NCBI GenBank assembly: GCA_963632375.1
Contig: CAVGUB010000111.1
Coordinates: 15,913 to 79,912, forward strand
DNA from: Phocaeicola dorei
GTDB lineage: Bacteria > Bacillota_I > Bacilli_A > RFN20 > CAG-826
Reading direction: 5' to 3'
DNA: 64,000 nucleotides
The notes below the pieces were generated by a model, which was not told the origin of the DNA, did no database searches, and was given only the letters and a program-made list of their open reading frames with translations. The position numbers and the translations under genes were made by a program. Positions 10,198-19,443 of this stretch are shown here, in pieces; positions within the stretch are counted from its first letter, which is position 1, and each line of letters opens with the position of its first letter.

Positions 10198-10369
10198 TTA
10201 CACAGATAATTGTGTAGATAAATATGTTGTTCCTGAACAAGAAAATGTTCAAGAATATATCTATAATAGTTTGAACTATGAAGGTAAAGATATATCATGG
10301 ATTTCAGATGATAAACCTATAGTTCGAAATACTTATTATTGGACAAAAGAAGGAATTAAAAAATCATAA
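10178..10369 (+). CDS. hypothetical protein (63 aa)
   Basis: ATG-initiated ORF overlapping the previous gene by 20 nt; TAA stop. Confidence 0.5.
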   Translation: MEIWIINYTDNCVDKYVVPEQENVQEYIYNSLNYEGKDISWISDDKPIVRNTYYWTKEGIKKS

Positions 10370-10370
10370 T

Positions 10371-10802
10371 ATGAAAGTTAAAATTGTAAATAAATCAAAT
10401 CACAGACTTCCAGAATATGCAACATCTGGAGCTGCTGGAATGGATCTTAAGGCAAATATTTCAGAACCCCTAGTCTTGAAACACGGAGATGTTCAAGTAA
10501 TACCTACAGGTTTGCATGTAGCAATTCCGGAAGGATATGAAATACAAATTCGTTCAAGAAGTGGGTTGGCTGCAAAACATAAAGTGTTCTGCCTTAATTC
10601 TCCAGGAACCATAGACGTGGATTTTACAGGAGATGTAGGTGTGATCCTGGCCAATTTTGGTCAAGAAAATTTTGTCGTAAATCCTGGCGATAGAATTGCA
10701 CAAGCCGTTCTTAATAAAGTAGAACGTATTGAATGGGATGAAGTAGCTTCTCTAGATAGTACTGATAGAGGAGATGGTGGATTTGGTAGTACTGGAATTT
10801 AA
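10371..10802 (+). CDS. dut: dUTP pyrophosphatase (trimeric dUTPase)
   Basis: Canonical motifs: AAGMDL, RSGLA, PGTIDVDFTGDVGVIL, GDRIAQ, RGDGGFGSTG. Confidence 0.9.
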   Translation: MKVKIVNKSNHRLPEYATSGAAGMDLKANISEPLVLKHGDVQVIPTGLHVAIPEGYEIQIRSRSGLAAKHKVFCLNSPGTIDVDFTGDVGVILANFGQENFVVNPGDRIAQAVLNKVERIEWDEVASLDSTDRGDGGFGSTGI

Positions 10803-10814
10803 AAATTAAATATT

Positions 10815-11306
10815 ATGGATTGGATTAATTATTTGAAAAAACTTGGATTTTCTGAAAGCGATCTTAAAAATATGTCATTTAAATATTCTGAAAACGGTAT
10901 TCCTGTTATCAATATTGAAAATGGTGTAGATATGCTTAAAAAAGCTGATGATACAATTACAGATGCTTTCAGAAATGCTAAATTGAAATCTGAAGAAAGA
11001 CCTGCTTATGATGTTGAAGAAAAAACTTCTAATTTTAAACCTATTTCCGAAGAGTTTAAAGAAGAGAATACATTTAAATCATATAGTGGTATTACTATGC
11101 TAACACCTAATGATTTCTTGCTTAACAATTATGCAGGAAAAACAATGCTTGGGACAACTACTCCACTTAATTTTGAGTGTTTGGATAAAAATAACTGTAT
11201 CCTTCCCGGTATTACAGATAAGCAACTTGCTGAGGTCCTTCTTCTTAGGAACAAAACAAATCCAGATATTAAAGAAACTTTATTAGATCTTCTTGACTTG
11301 CTTTAA
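10815..11306 (+). CDS. hypothetical protein (163 aa)
   Basis: Uninterrupted ORF followed by a hairpin terminator. Confidence 0.7.
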   Translation: MDWINYLKKLGFSESDLKNMSFKYSENGIPVINIENGVDMLKKADDTITDAFRNAKLKSEERPAYDVEEKTSNFKPISEEFKEENTFKSYSGITMLTPNDFLLNNYAGKTMLGTTTPLNFECLDKNNCILPGITDKQLAEVLLLRNKTNPDIKETLLDLLDLL

Positions 11307-11313
11307 AATATAT

Positions 11314-11341
11314 AGCTAGGGAGAAATCCCTAGCTTTTTTA
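11314..11341 (+). terminator. rho-independent terminator
   Basis: AGCTAGGGA-gaaa-TCCCTAGCT 9-bp stem followed by TTTTTT, 8 nt after the stop at 11306. Confidence 0.7.
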
Positions 11342-11343
11342 TT

Positions 11344-11496
11344 ATGAATAAACAAGAATTTTTTAATTCATTAACAGACAAACAAAAATCGTATCTGCAA
11401 TTTCTTCTAGATGAGAGCTATCAAAATGGATATGACGCAGGTACTTTAAAAAATTATTACAATGAGTATAGTAAAACGAATTTCACTTTTTGCTAG
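11344..11496 (+). CDS. small hypothetical protein (50 aa)
   Basis: ATG 11344 directly after the terminator and TAG stop at 11494; overlaps the ligase start. Speculative. Confidence 0.3.
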   Translation: MNKQEFFNSLTDKQKSYLQFLLDESYQNGYDAGTLKNYYNEYSKTNFTFC

Positions 11497-12649
11497 AGAC
11501 TCAAAAGGAAAGATTAGACAGATAAATATTACATGTGATTGGAACGAACAATTCCAATTTTATTCAATTAATCGAGAATCAGGATTAAAAGGCGGTAAGT
11601 TTATAACTCATACTCCACTTGAAATTAAAAAGGGAAAAGTTAAAAGAACTATTTCTCAACAAATGGAACTTGAATACAATAGTCTTGTAAAGACATATCT
11701 TGATAAAGGGTATATTGAAGGAGATGTTTCAACTATTGAAAAAACTCTTCCAAAAAACAAAACAAATCAAGAAGGTGTTATAAAACCAATGCTTGCAAAG
11801 TTAATTCAAAGTGTTCCAAAAAGTACTTTAGATAAAGTAACTCATTGATATTCAAGTCGTAAGATAGATGGAGTGAGGGCTTTACTCTATATGAAAGACA
11901 ACACTTTACACTTTGCTTCAAGAGGTGGTGGTGTGTATGATTATGCAACTTCGCATATTCGTAATAATCTAAAGTTGATTGAATACTTTAAACAAAATCC
12001 AAATCTTGTTTTGGATGGAGAATTATATGTCTTTGGAAAATCTCTACAAACATTATCAGGTTGTGCTAGATTAGAAGAAGGAGAAATCCCATTTAAATTG
12101 CAGTATTATATATATGATGTTGTAGATCTTGATAAAACTTTTACAGAACGATACAAAATAATTCAAAAAGTAAAACAAGATTTAAATTTAGGTTTTGATC
12201 CCAATAAGACGTTTAATGATTTTGATATTTTCATTCAAATTCTTCCACAAGAATACATTGTAAACGATGAAAAAACAATGTGGAATCTTCATAATCAATA
12301 TGTATCTGAAGGTTGGGAAGGTGCAGTATTAAGAGATCCTACTAAGAAATATAACCCAGGTGCACGTGATATGATTAAATTAAAATCTAGATTGGATTCA
12401 GAATTTGAAACAATCGGATATGAATTTGGTTTACGTGGAATAGAAGATATTGTCTTTAAAATGAAGACAAAAGACGGAAAAGAATTTAAAGCAAAACCAG
12501 TTGGATCAAAAGAAGTAAAAGAATCATTATTCAATCATATAAATGATATAATTGGACAAATGGCAACTTGTACATATTTTTATCTTTCTGATGATGGCAT
12601 TCCACTTCAACCTGTTTGAAAATGTGTTAGAAATAAAATTGATATGTAA
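11462..12649 (+). CDS. ATP-dependent DNA ligase (395 aa), in-frame TGA at 11846 and 12617
   Basis: Track ORFs 11462..11848 and 11873..12619 share a frame. The junction reads THWYSSRKIDGVRA, so the adenylation motif I (KxDG) lies just after a TGA. DGELY, EGAVLR and IKLK motifs follow. It ends at TAA 12647, overlapping the next ATG. Confidence 0.85.
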
Positions 12650-12948
12650 TGAAGGATAAAAAATTTTCTAAAGAAGAACTAAAAAAATATATAATAAATT
12701 ATAATAAACTTCAAGATGATGTTTATAAAGCAAGTTCTGTTTTAGGTCCTATTTTTGATTCCCCAATTTTTACAGGTTATGAACTAATAATTCATAACCT
12801 TTTAGTAAAAATGTACGGTGATTTAGGTGCAGACCTTCTAGAAGAATATATTTTTAAGCAAATAGATATGGGATTTGACACCCTCTTTGATATTTTATCT
12901 TCTGAAGAATATGACTCAGACCGAATTAGATATACTGATTCAGAATAA
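12649..12948 (+). CDS. hypothetical protein (99 aa)
   Basis: Uninterrupted ORF with ATG start and TAA stop. Confidence 0.6.
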   Translation: MKDKKFSKEELKKYIINYNKLQDDVYKASSVLGPIFDSPIFTGYELIIHNLLVKMYGDLGADLLEEYIFKQIDMGFDTLFDILSSEEYDSDRIRYTDSE

Positions 12949-13492
12949 AAATATATTTTATATATACAATCTAAAACCAATAACCCCAGAGAATAAAGAT
13001 GAGTATCTTATTGTAGTAAATAATGGATATAAATTAAATACAGGTTCTGAGGGAATTATTGTTTTGGAATTAAAAGATTGGTTTGAACACAGTATTAAAA
13101 GTGATTTACTTGCTTGAATTTGTGCTTGTCTTAATAAGAAATACATTATTAAAGAACATGTCAAATTACTTTGTCAAACCAAACCTCTTGAATTGCGTAA
13201 AGAAATAGATAAAATAAAATCTGTTTTAAATATGACCCCAGAAGAATCATATTATTTTCTGGTTAATCTAACTTACGCAATTCAAATAATTGAAAACCAT
13301 AAAATTACGAAATATAATGTGCTTAAAGATTATTATAAATCAGTAAAATCTTTAAGTGATCCAAAAGAAATTACAGAGTGTTTTATGGTGTATTACGAAC
13401 CTTTAAAAAAGTTGTTAGGTAAATATACTGATGAACTTTTACTTAAAGAGAAAATAAAGAAAATAAGTGTAAAATTGAAAAATGATAAGTAA
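12911..13492 (+). CDS. hypothetical protein (193 aa), in-frame TGA at 13115
   Basis: Track ORFs 12875..13117 and 13193..13492 share a frame. The gap was read in frame with only one TGA. The first ATG is at 12911. Confidence 0.55.
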
Positions 13493-13736
13493 AATTTTTT
13501 TCTTTCATGCTTCTTGATGTGGTCCTTGTAGACTCTTAGAAAAAGAATTAAAGGACTTTTCTTATTTACCTATTGATGAGTTTGATGCAGATGAAAATGA
13601 AGAACTCTGCAACAAATTCAACATTAGAAGTCTCCCTACTTTGGTTTTTATAAATTCAGATGAACAAGAGATTGGACGTAATGTTGGATTTATAAAAACA
13701 TCTGATTTAATCGAAAAAATAAAACAATACGATTAA
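13482..13736 (+). CDS. thioredoxin (84 aa); the active-site Trp is encoded by TGA at 13515
   Basis: Absent from the track because of the TGA. It reads MISKIFFFHAS-TGA-CGPCRLLEKEL ... FNIRSLPTLVFI, i.e. WCGPC plus the cis-Pro loop (LPT) of thioredoxins. Confidence 0.85.
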
Positions 13737-13891
13737 TGAAATTTAAATATGAAGTTACAAATCCCGGTGTAGATACTAGAATCGTAACTGTTACAGCAAA
13801 TACAAAACTAGAAGCTGTGCAATTACTCGAAGAAATGTATCCACGCAATGGAGGTTATGAATACAATTTTATAAATAATGAAGATAATTAA
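13736..13891 (+). CDS. small hypothetical protein (51 aa)
   Basis: The ATG overlaps the thioredoxin TAA (TAATG); TAA stop at 13889, overlapping the thyX start. Confidence 0.35.
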   Translation: MKFKYEVTNPGVDTRIVTVTANTKLEAVQLLEEMYPRNGGYEYNFINNEDN

Positions 13892-14894
13892 TAGTTCTGT
13901 TACTGTTGTAGAAACAAACCCTTCTTTAAAGGGTATTTTTGAGGCCATAGAGAGAGCCGGACGTGTTAGCTATGCGAGTGTAGGTACAAGGTATTTTCGT
14001 GTCGAAAATAAGCCTGAAAACCAGCAAATTTTAGAGAAATTGAAATCTAATTCAGAAATACTTTGTAAAGAAGGGCCATTCTTCGATAAAGCATATTATG
14101 TGTCCATTCCACATAAGTTAATTACAAATTATCCTGAACTTCTTGCACATAAAGAAGAAAGTCGTTCGGAGAGTTCATATTACGAGAATGTTACATCTGA
14201 AGCATTTGTCAATATGATTAAAAAGAATGGGCATTTAAGTGTATTAGAATTTGGTACAGTTTATCTTTATTTGGATAAACGTGATGCTGATGATGTTATG
14301 ATCGATAAATACGATCATAATCCATATTCCAAAATTAATTTTGATGATAAAGATAATTTGTATATTACTACTAATATGCGAGTTATTGTAGAAAACAATT
14401 GGGAAGAGGATTTGAAATATCTTTGTACACCTTGTGTTTATCATGAAAAAAGAATTACTGCGGAATTCGTTTGTTCAAGATCTGTATCACACGAACTTGT
14501 AAGACATAGAAGTCTATCTTTTATTCAACAAAGTCAAAGATATTGTGCATATAATGCTCAAAAATTTGGTGGAAATGTTAGTTTTGTTTTACCTAGTTGG
14601 CTAAAAGATTCTAATAAACCATATAGTAAAATGTGTGTTGAAAGTAGATTGTGGTATCGAGCTATGATTGCTGCAGAAAACACTTATATGTCTCTTTTAA
14701 AAGAAGGTAGTAAACCACAATTTGCAAGAGAAGTTCTTCCTAATTCAACATCTACTATAATTGATGTATGTGGTTTTGAAAGTGATTGGAAACATTTCTT
14801 TGAATTGAGATGCTCACAAAGAGCACATCCTGATATAAAAGTTTTAGCTGATAACCTTTTAATAGATTTTAAATCACTTAATTATGCAATTTAA
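13878..14894 (+). CDS. thyX: flavin-dependent thymidylate synthase
   Basis: ThyX signature RHRSLSFIQQSQRY (RHRxxSxxxxSxR); 338 aa with no TGA. Confidence 0.9.
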   Translation: MKIINSSVTVVETNPSLKGIFEAIERAGRVSYASVGTRYFRVENKPENQQILEKLKSNSEILCKEGPFFDKAYYVSIPHKLITNYPELLAHKEESRSESSYYENVTSEAFVNMIKKNGHLSVLEFGTVYLYLDKRDADDVMIDKYDHNPYSKINFDDKDNLYITTNMRVIVENNWEEDLKYLCTPCVYHEKRITAEFVCSRSVSHELVRHRSLSFIQQSQRYCAYNAQKFGGNVSFVLPSWLKDSNKPYSKMCVESRLWYRAMIAAENTYMSLLKEGSKPQFAREVLPNSTSTIIDVCGFESDWKHFFELRCSQRAHPDIKVLADNLLIDFKSLNYAI

Positions 14895-15081
14895 TTTTTA
14901 CTTTACAAATCTTTGTGTTGATTTAAATGTAAAAAAAGGTGCTTCTCGTAAAGAAATACTTACGGCTTACCTTAATACAATAGGTGGACCAAATGTATTA
15001 CTTGATAAATTTATTAATAAATGTGTTATTATGCCTAATGAAGTAAAAGATATAAAACAAATTAAAGATGACACTAGATAA
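14884..15081 (+). CDS. hypothetical protein (65 aa)
   Basis: Short ORF bridging thyX and the VWA gene, overlapping both ends. Confidence 0.45.
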   Translation: MQFNFYFTNLCVDLNVKKGASRKEILTAYLNTIGGPNVLLDKFINKCVIMPNEVKDIKQIKDDTR

Positions 15082-16228
15082 ATGTATTAAAATGCTTATA
15101 ATAAAAGATCCATTTTATGGTCTTTTTGTTTTAGGTGTCAATAGATATTTTTCTGACGAAGTTGCTACTGCTTGTGTGCAAATAAATGGAATTAATCCAG
15201 AATTATTAGTCAATGAAAAATTTTGGAATTCGTTGTCTGATGAAATGCAAATCGCAGTAATTAAACATGAAATAGGACATATATTATACAAGCATTTGAT
15301 TTATTGGGATGAATATGAGGATAAAACTCGATTTAATTTTGCAGCAGACTGTGAAGTTAATTCAAGTATTGTAGAATTGCAAATCCCACCTTATGTGTAC
15401 CCAGATGTTTATGGACTGCCTCCTCATCAAGGAACTAAATGGTACTATAATAATCTACCAAAAAATCCAGAAAATCCAACTAATCCTAAACAACAAAACA
15501 CACAAAGACATGTTCTCGATGATCATAGTGGTTTTGGCAAAGGAAAAAATAATCCTGATGATATTCCTTCTAAAGAATTCAAAAAATTAGTATCTTCTCA
15601 AATTGATGGTATAGCAAAAAATGTTGCTGAACAAATGAAAAATAGTGGGCAACATGGTTGTATTCCGGGTCAGTTTCAAAGCTATATTGATTCTTTGTTT
15701 TTAAAACGACCTGAAATATTTAATTGGAAACAATATTTTAGAAGAATGTTGGGTACTATTAGAGATGAAGCTTTAAAGAAAACTAGAAAGAAAGAATCAT
15801 TGAGATTCCCAGATAATTCAGGAATCAAACACAAAAGAAAAGCGAATATACTAGTAGCCATAGATACATCTGGAAGTATTGATAACAAATCATTACAAGA
15901 ATTCTTTACTGAATTACATTATATTTATAAAGCAGGTTGTTACATTGATGTAATTGAATTTGACGTAGATATAAGAAAGAAATGGAATTATCAGGGTGAA
16001 TCTAAAGTTGAAATAAAAGGAAGAGGTGGTACCTTCTTTGAACCAATGTGGAATTATTATAAAGAACATATAAACAATTATAATTCTTTGATAGTTTTTA
16101 CAGATGGATTTGCTGATACTAATAAATTAGTTCCATTAAAAAACACAATTTGGGTCATTGTACCTGACGGAAATAAAGACAATTTTTATCCGGGAAAGAA
16201 AATATTTATACCTTTTACAAAATCGTAA
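15068..16228 (+). CDS. VWA-domain protein with N-terminal putative metallopeptidase domain (DUF2201 architecture)
   Basis: The N-terminus (DPFYGLF ... ATACVQINGI ... AVIKHEIGHILYKH) has HExxH in the DUF2201_N pattern. The C-terminus has a VWA MIDAS-like ILVAIDTSGSI motif. Confidence 0.8.
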   Translation: MTLDKCIKMLIIKDPFYGLFVLGVNRYFSDEVATACVQINGINPELLVNEKFWNSLSDEMQIAVIKHEIGHILYKHLIYWDEYEDKTRFNFAADCEVNSSIVELQIPPYVYPDVYGLPPHQGTKWYYNNLPKNPENPTNPKQQNTQRHVLDDHSGFGKGKNNPDDIPSKEFKKLVSSQIDGIAKNVAEQMKNSGQHGCIPGQFQSYIDSLFLKRPEIFNWKQYFRRMLGTIRDEALKKTRKKESLRFPDNSGIKHKRKANILVAIDTSGSIDNKSLQEFFTELHYIYKAGCYIDVIEFDVDIRKKWNYQGESKVEIKGRGGTFFEPMWNYYKEHINNYNSLIVFTDGFADTNKLVPLKNTIWVIVPDGNKDNFYPGKKIFIPFTKS

Positions 16229-16234
16229 ATAAAA

Positions 16235-17467
16235 ATGAATCTTACAGAATTTTCAAAAACATTTAAATACTTAGTTAAGAATAATATAAAACTTATAAGT
16301 CAAAACAAAACACCACTAGCCATTGGTGTAGAAGGCAGTCAAGGTATTGGAAAGACTGCAATTCTTAAATCTTTAGCAGAAGAATTAGGAATGACATATG
16401 TTCAGCTCAATTTAGCTGAGCTCGAGGAGGTTAGTGATTTAATTGGTTTTCCACTTAAAGAATTTAAAATCAATGAGTTAGATGAATCAGGAAATGTAAC
16501 TTGTTCTAAATGGGTTGCTCATGATTTAATTTCAACTTATTTTAATAAACCTTGTGAATCTTATAAGATCACAGATGAATATAGAATGTCATATGCACCA
16601 CCAGCATGGCTTCCTAAAGAAGAAAATCCTAATGGTGTGCTACTTGTCTTAGATGATTTTACGCGTGGTAATTCGTTATTTATGCAAGCAACTATGACAT
16701 TAATACAAACAGGTAAATACATTTCTTGGTCTTTACCTAAAAACACAATGATAGCACTGAGTTCAAACCCTGATTCAGGGCAGTTCTCGGTTACTAGCCT
16801 TGACCCAGCTCAAAAAAGTAGATTTATCAATTTTAAAATTAATTTTTCAATTGATAGCTGGAGTTCTTGGGCAGAACAAAATCAAGTTGATGAAAGAGCA
16901 ATAAACTTTGCTTTGATGTATCACACAGAACTTTTTAAAGAAGAAAATCTTTGTTCCACTATTTGCCCAAGAAGTTATACAATGTTCTGTGATGCCATTT
17001 CAGGAATTGAAAATTGGGAATCAACAAGTTCGTTAGCAACTATTATGCAGATTGCTAGTGGTTGTTTTGAAGATAAGGATAATCTTATTGGAACATTGTT
17101 TACTACGTTTATCAACAACAAGCTTGATAAATTGATTTCACCTAAAGACATGCTCCTTAAATCTTGGGATAAGGTTAAACCAGAAATAGAAGCATGTGTT
17201 TATGATACCAATGGTGTTTATAGACCAAATATTGCAGCAGTTCTTCATACTAGATTGATGAATTACTGCATATATTATTTCTCTCAACCTAAAGCAAAAA
17301 CTGATTTAGTACAAGATAGGCTTATTGAAATCATTGATGCTTCTCAAGAAAAGGTGCTATTTTCTGAGGATTTCATCTTTGACATAATTAAAACATTAAT
17401 GAAGATGTTCCCTGCTCGTACTAATAAATTTATGAATAATCCAAAAATAATAAGTAAGATACTATAA
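16235..17467 (+). CDS. MoxR/AAA_5-like AAA+ ATPase (partner of the VWA protein)
   Basis: Walker A GSQGIGKT and Walker B LLVLDDF, adjacent to the VWA gene as in MoxR-VWA / CobS-CobT-like pairs. Confidence 0.8.
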   Translation: MNLTEFSKTFKYLVKNNIKLISQNKTPLAIGVEGSQGIGKTAILKSLAEELGMTYVQLNLAELEEVSDLIGFPLKEFKINELDESGNVTCSKWVAHDLISTYFNKPCESYKITDEYRMSYAPPAWLPKEENPNGVLLVLDDFTRGNSLFMQATMTLIQTGKYISWSLPKNTMIALSSNPDSGQFSVTSLDPAQKSRFINFKINFSIDSWSSWAEQNQVDERAINFALMYHTELFKEENLCSTICPRSYTMFCDAISGIENWESTSSLATIMQIASGCFEDKDNLIGTLFTTFINNKLDKLISPKDMLLKSWDKVKPEIEACVYDTNGVYRPNIAAVLHTRLMNYCIYYFSQPKAKTDLVQDRLIEIIDASQEKVLFSEDFIFDIIKTLMKMFPARTNKFMNNPKIISKIL

Positions 17468-18513
17468 TGATTGACTTAAAAAATATTTTCGTTATTGAAA
17501 AACAATGGGATTATGTCCAACGTAAATATATATTAAATAAAGTTTGTATGACTGCATTACGCCATAATTATTTATGGTATGATGCAGCTTTTACATTTCA
17601 AAAAATAACATATAATCAAAATCCGGTTCCAGAAAATTCTAAAATTATTTTTACCAAAAATGCTTTGTTTCCTAAATTTAAATTGGAAACAACATCCTTT
17701 AAAAGAAGTATAAAACCAAGTACAGCTGATTGTATTGTTTGTGGAGAATTGAAAGAAGTAAAAATACCTAATTCGTATTTGTATTTACAAAGCGGGGAAC
17801 AAATATATTTTGTTTATAAATCAGATATTTGGCAAACTTTAAATATTAAAGTAGAAGATAATAACGCTATTATTCGTTATTTGATTAATAATAAATTTAT
17901 ATCAGATAAATATACTATTTTACCTAAAGATAGTATATTTGCATACATTAATCCAAAATCTAAAGAAGTTGATTTAAACTTGTTAGAAGATCCAAAATTC
18001 AAAGATAAAATATATTTGGATGTAAATTTTAGTAGTCAAATTTCAAAACAAGCTAATTCTCTTACAGATGAGAACTTTACAATGATAAAAGATTTGTTTG
18101 CTTCTCGTGATATATCAAGTAAAGAATTGGGTTTAAAAACGCTATGTACATTTAATTGGGTAGAATGCCCAATAAAGATAACTAGTTTACTTGTAAAATT
18201 TGAACGTTCTTTAAAAGAAACAAATGCTTGGAAATCAATTGCAGTAAAAACACTATTGAAAAATATAAATTTTCCAGCAGGTTCTTATTATAGTTATACT
18301 GATTTCATTAGTAGTTTGTTATATAAATCAACTAAAACGGATTTTACATTAACCCCAATTGATAAAGAATATATACAAAAAGAAGTATATAGTTATATAG
18401 AAAATATTATAATGAAAACATTTAATACATCTAGTTTTAGTTATCTTGATAAATTTGGAATTAACTTCTCTTATAATTTATGTATAGAAGACAAACAAAA
18501 CAATACGCAATAG
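17467..18513 (+). CDS. hypothetical protein (348 aa)
   Basis: Uninterrupted ORF coupled by TAATG to the AAA gene; TAG stop at 18511. Confidence 0.7.
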   Translation: MIDLKNIFVIEKQWDYVQRKYILNKVCMTALRHNYLWYDAAFTFQKITYNQNPVPENSKIIFTKNALFPKFKLETTSFKRSIKPSTADCIVCGELKEVKIPNSYLYLQSGEQIYFVYKSDIWQTLNIKVEDNNAIIRYLINNKFISDKYTILPKDSIFAYINPKSKEVDLNLLEDPKFKDKIYLDVNFSSQISKQANSLTDENFTMIKDLFASRDISSKELGLKTLCTFNWVECPIKITSLLVKFERSLKETNAWKSIAVKTLLKNINFPAGSYYSYTDFISSLLYKSTKTDFTLTPIDKEYIQKEVYSYIENIIMKTFNTSSFSYLDKFGINFSYNLCIEDKQNNTQ

Positions 18514-19172
18514 GAGGATTAAAAAATAGTGGAAAAGACGAAAGTGCCAAAATGCTTAATTATTGTTTAAGTACACCTAAAATACTAAGAACTTATTGAG
18601 GTTATAAACACCTCAATAAGTTCTTTAATAAATATAAAATTTTGTCTTTTGCCACATCTCTAAAACGAACATTAGCAACAATGCTTAATGTTTCGTTTAA
18701 TCAATTTAATAATAGAGATTTTAAAGAAAATTATTATATTTTTCTTCCCAATCTACATATTACCAAAACACCTAATAAACAATATGTTATAACTAATAAT
18801 AAGTTTAATAGATTGGTTAATAAAAAGGATTTATCCTTTCTAAAAACTAACTATATAACTATCAGACAATTATTACAAGTGTTTGGTACAAATATTGCTA
18901 GGGAATTTTTTGGAGATAAATTATGGATATTAACAACACTTAAAAATGTTGATAATGTCATTATTTCAGATTTACGTTTTAATGTAGAATACGAAACATT
19001 AAAACAAAAGAAATTTAAAACCATTTATATCAATCGCAATGTTTCCACTCCCGGACTACATAACAGTGAAAAAGAAGTTTATGATTTGTATAAAAATAAT
19101 AAATTTGATTATGTAATTGATAATAATGGTTCGTTAAAAGATTTGTTTAATTCTATTAAAAAATTAGTGTAA
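18480..19172 (+). CDS. deoxynucleoside monophosphate kinase (T4 gp1-like), in-frame TGA at 18597
   Basis: The track shows only 18642..19172. Extending the frame upstream through one TGA reaches ATG 18480 and exposes the P-loop IGGLKNSGKDESAKML. ISDLRF and HNSEKE fit dNMP kinases. Confidence 0.7.
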
Positions 19173-19173
19173 T

Positions 19174-19389
19174 ATGGGAATTTTTTGGACAATTGTTGTT
19201 TTGTTTATTATAAGTTTATCCTTTCTTGCTGGAGCATTGGCTGGAGTTGCCAACTATCTAGCTGCTTCAGAAGAAGCTCCTAATAAGTTATATTCTGATT
19301 GGGAAAAACTTAAACAAAATAAATATTTCATTAGTTATAAACAATACGTAAAAGACGTAATTAAAAAGTATCAAAATACATTAAAATAA
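19174..19389 (+). CDS. small membrane protein (71 aa, one TM segment)
   Basis: Hydrophobic N-terminus (IFWTIVVLFIISLSFLAGALAGVANYLA); last gene of the plus-strand module. Confidence 0.6.
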   Translation: MGIFWTIVVLFIISLSFLAGALAGVANYLAASEEAPNKLYSDWEKLKQNKYFISYKQYVKDVIKKYQNTLK

Positions 19390-19393
19390 AAAT

Positions 19394-19431
19394 AAGCCTC
19401 AGTATCGAAAGATACTGGGGCTTATTTTTTT
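19394..19431. terminator. bidirectional rho-independent terminator between the convergent modules
   Basis: 13-bp stem (AAGCCTCAGTATC-gaaa-GATACTGGGGCTT) flanked by an A-run upstream and TTTTTTT downstream. It sits between stop 19389 (+) and stop 19444 (-). Confidence 0.75.
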
Positions 19432-19443
19432 CGGTAAATATGG

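Noticed and set aside
18511-18522. TAGGAGGATT looks like a Shine-Dalgarno sequence for a downstream gene.
   Set aside because: It lies inside the dNMP kinase frame (encoding IGG of the P-loop region). No suitably spaced start codon follows it, and other genes in the window lack SD motifs.
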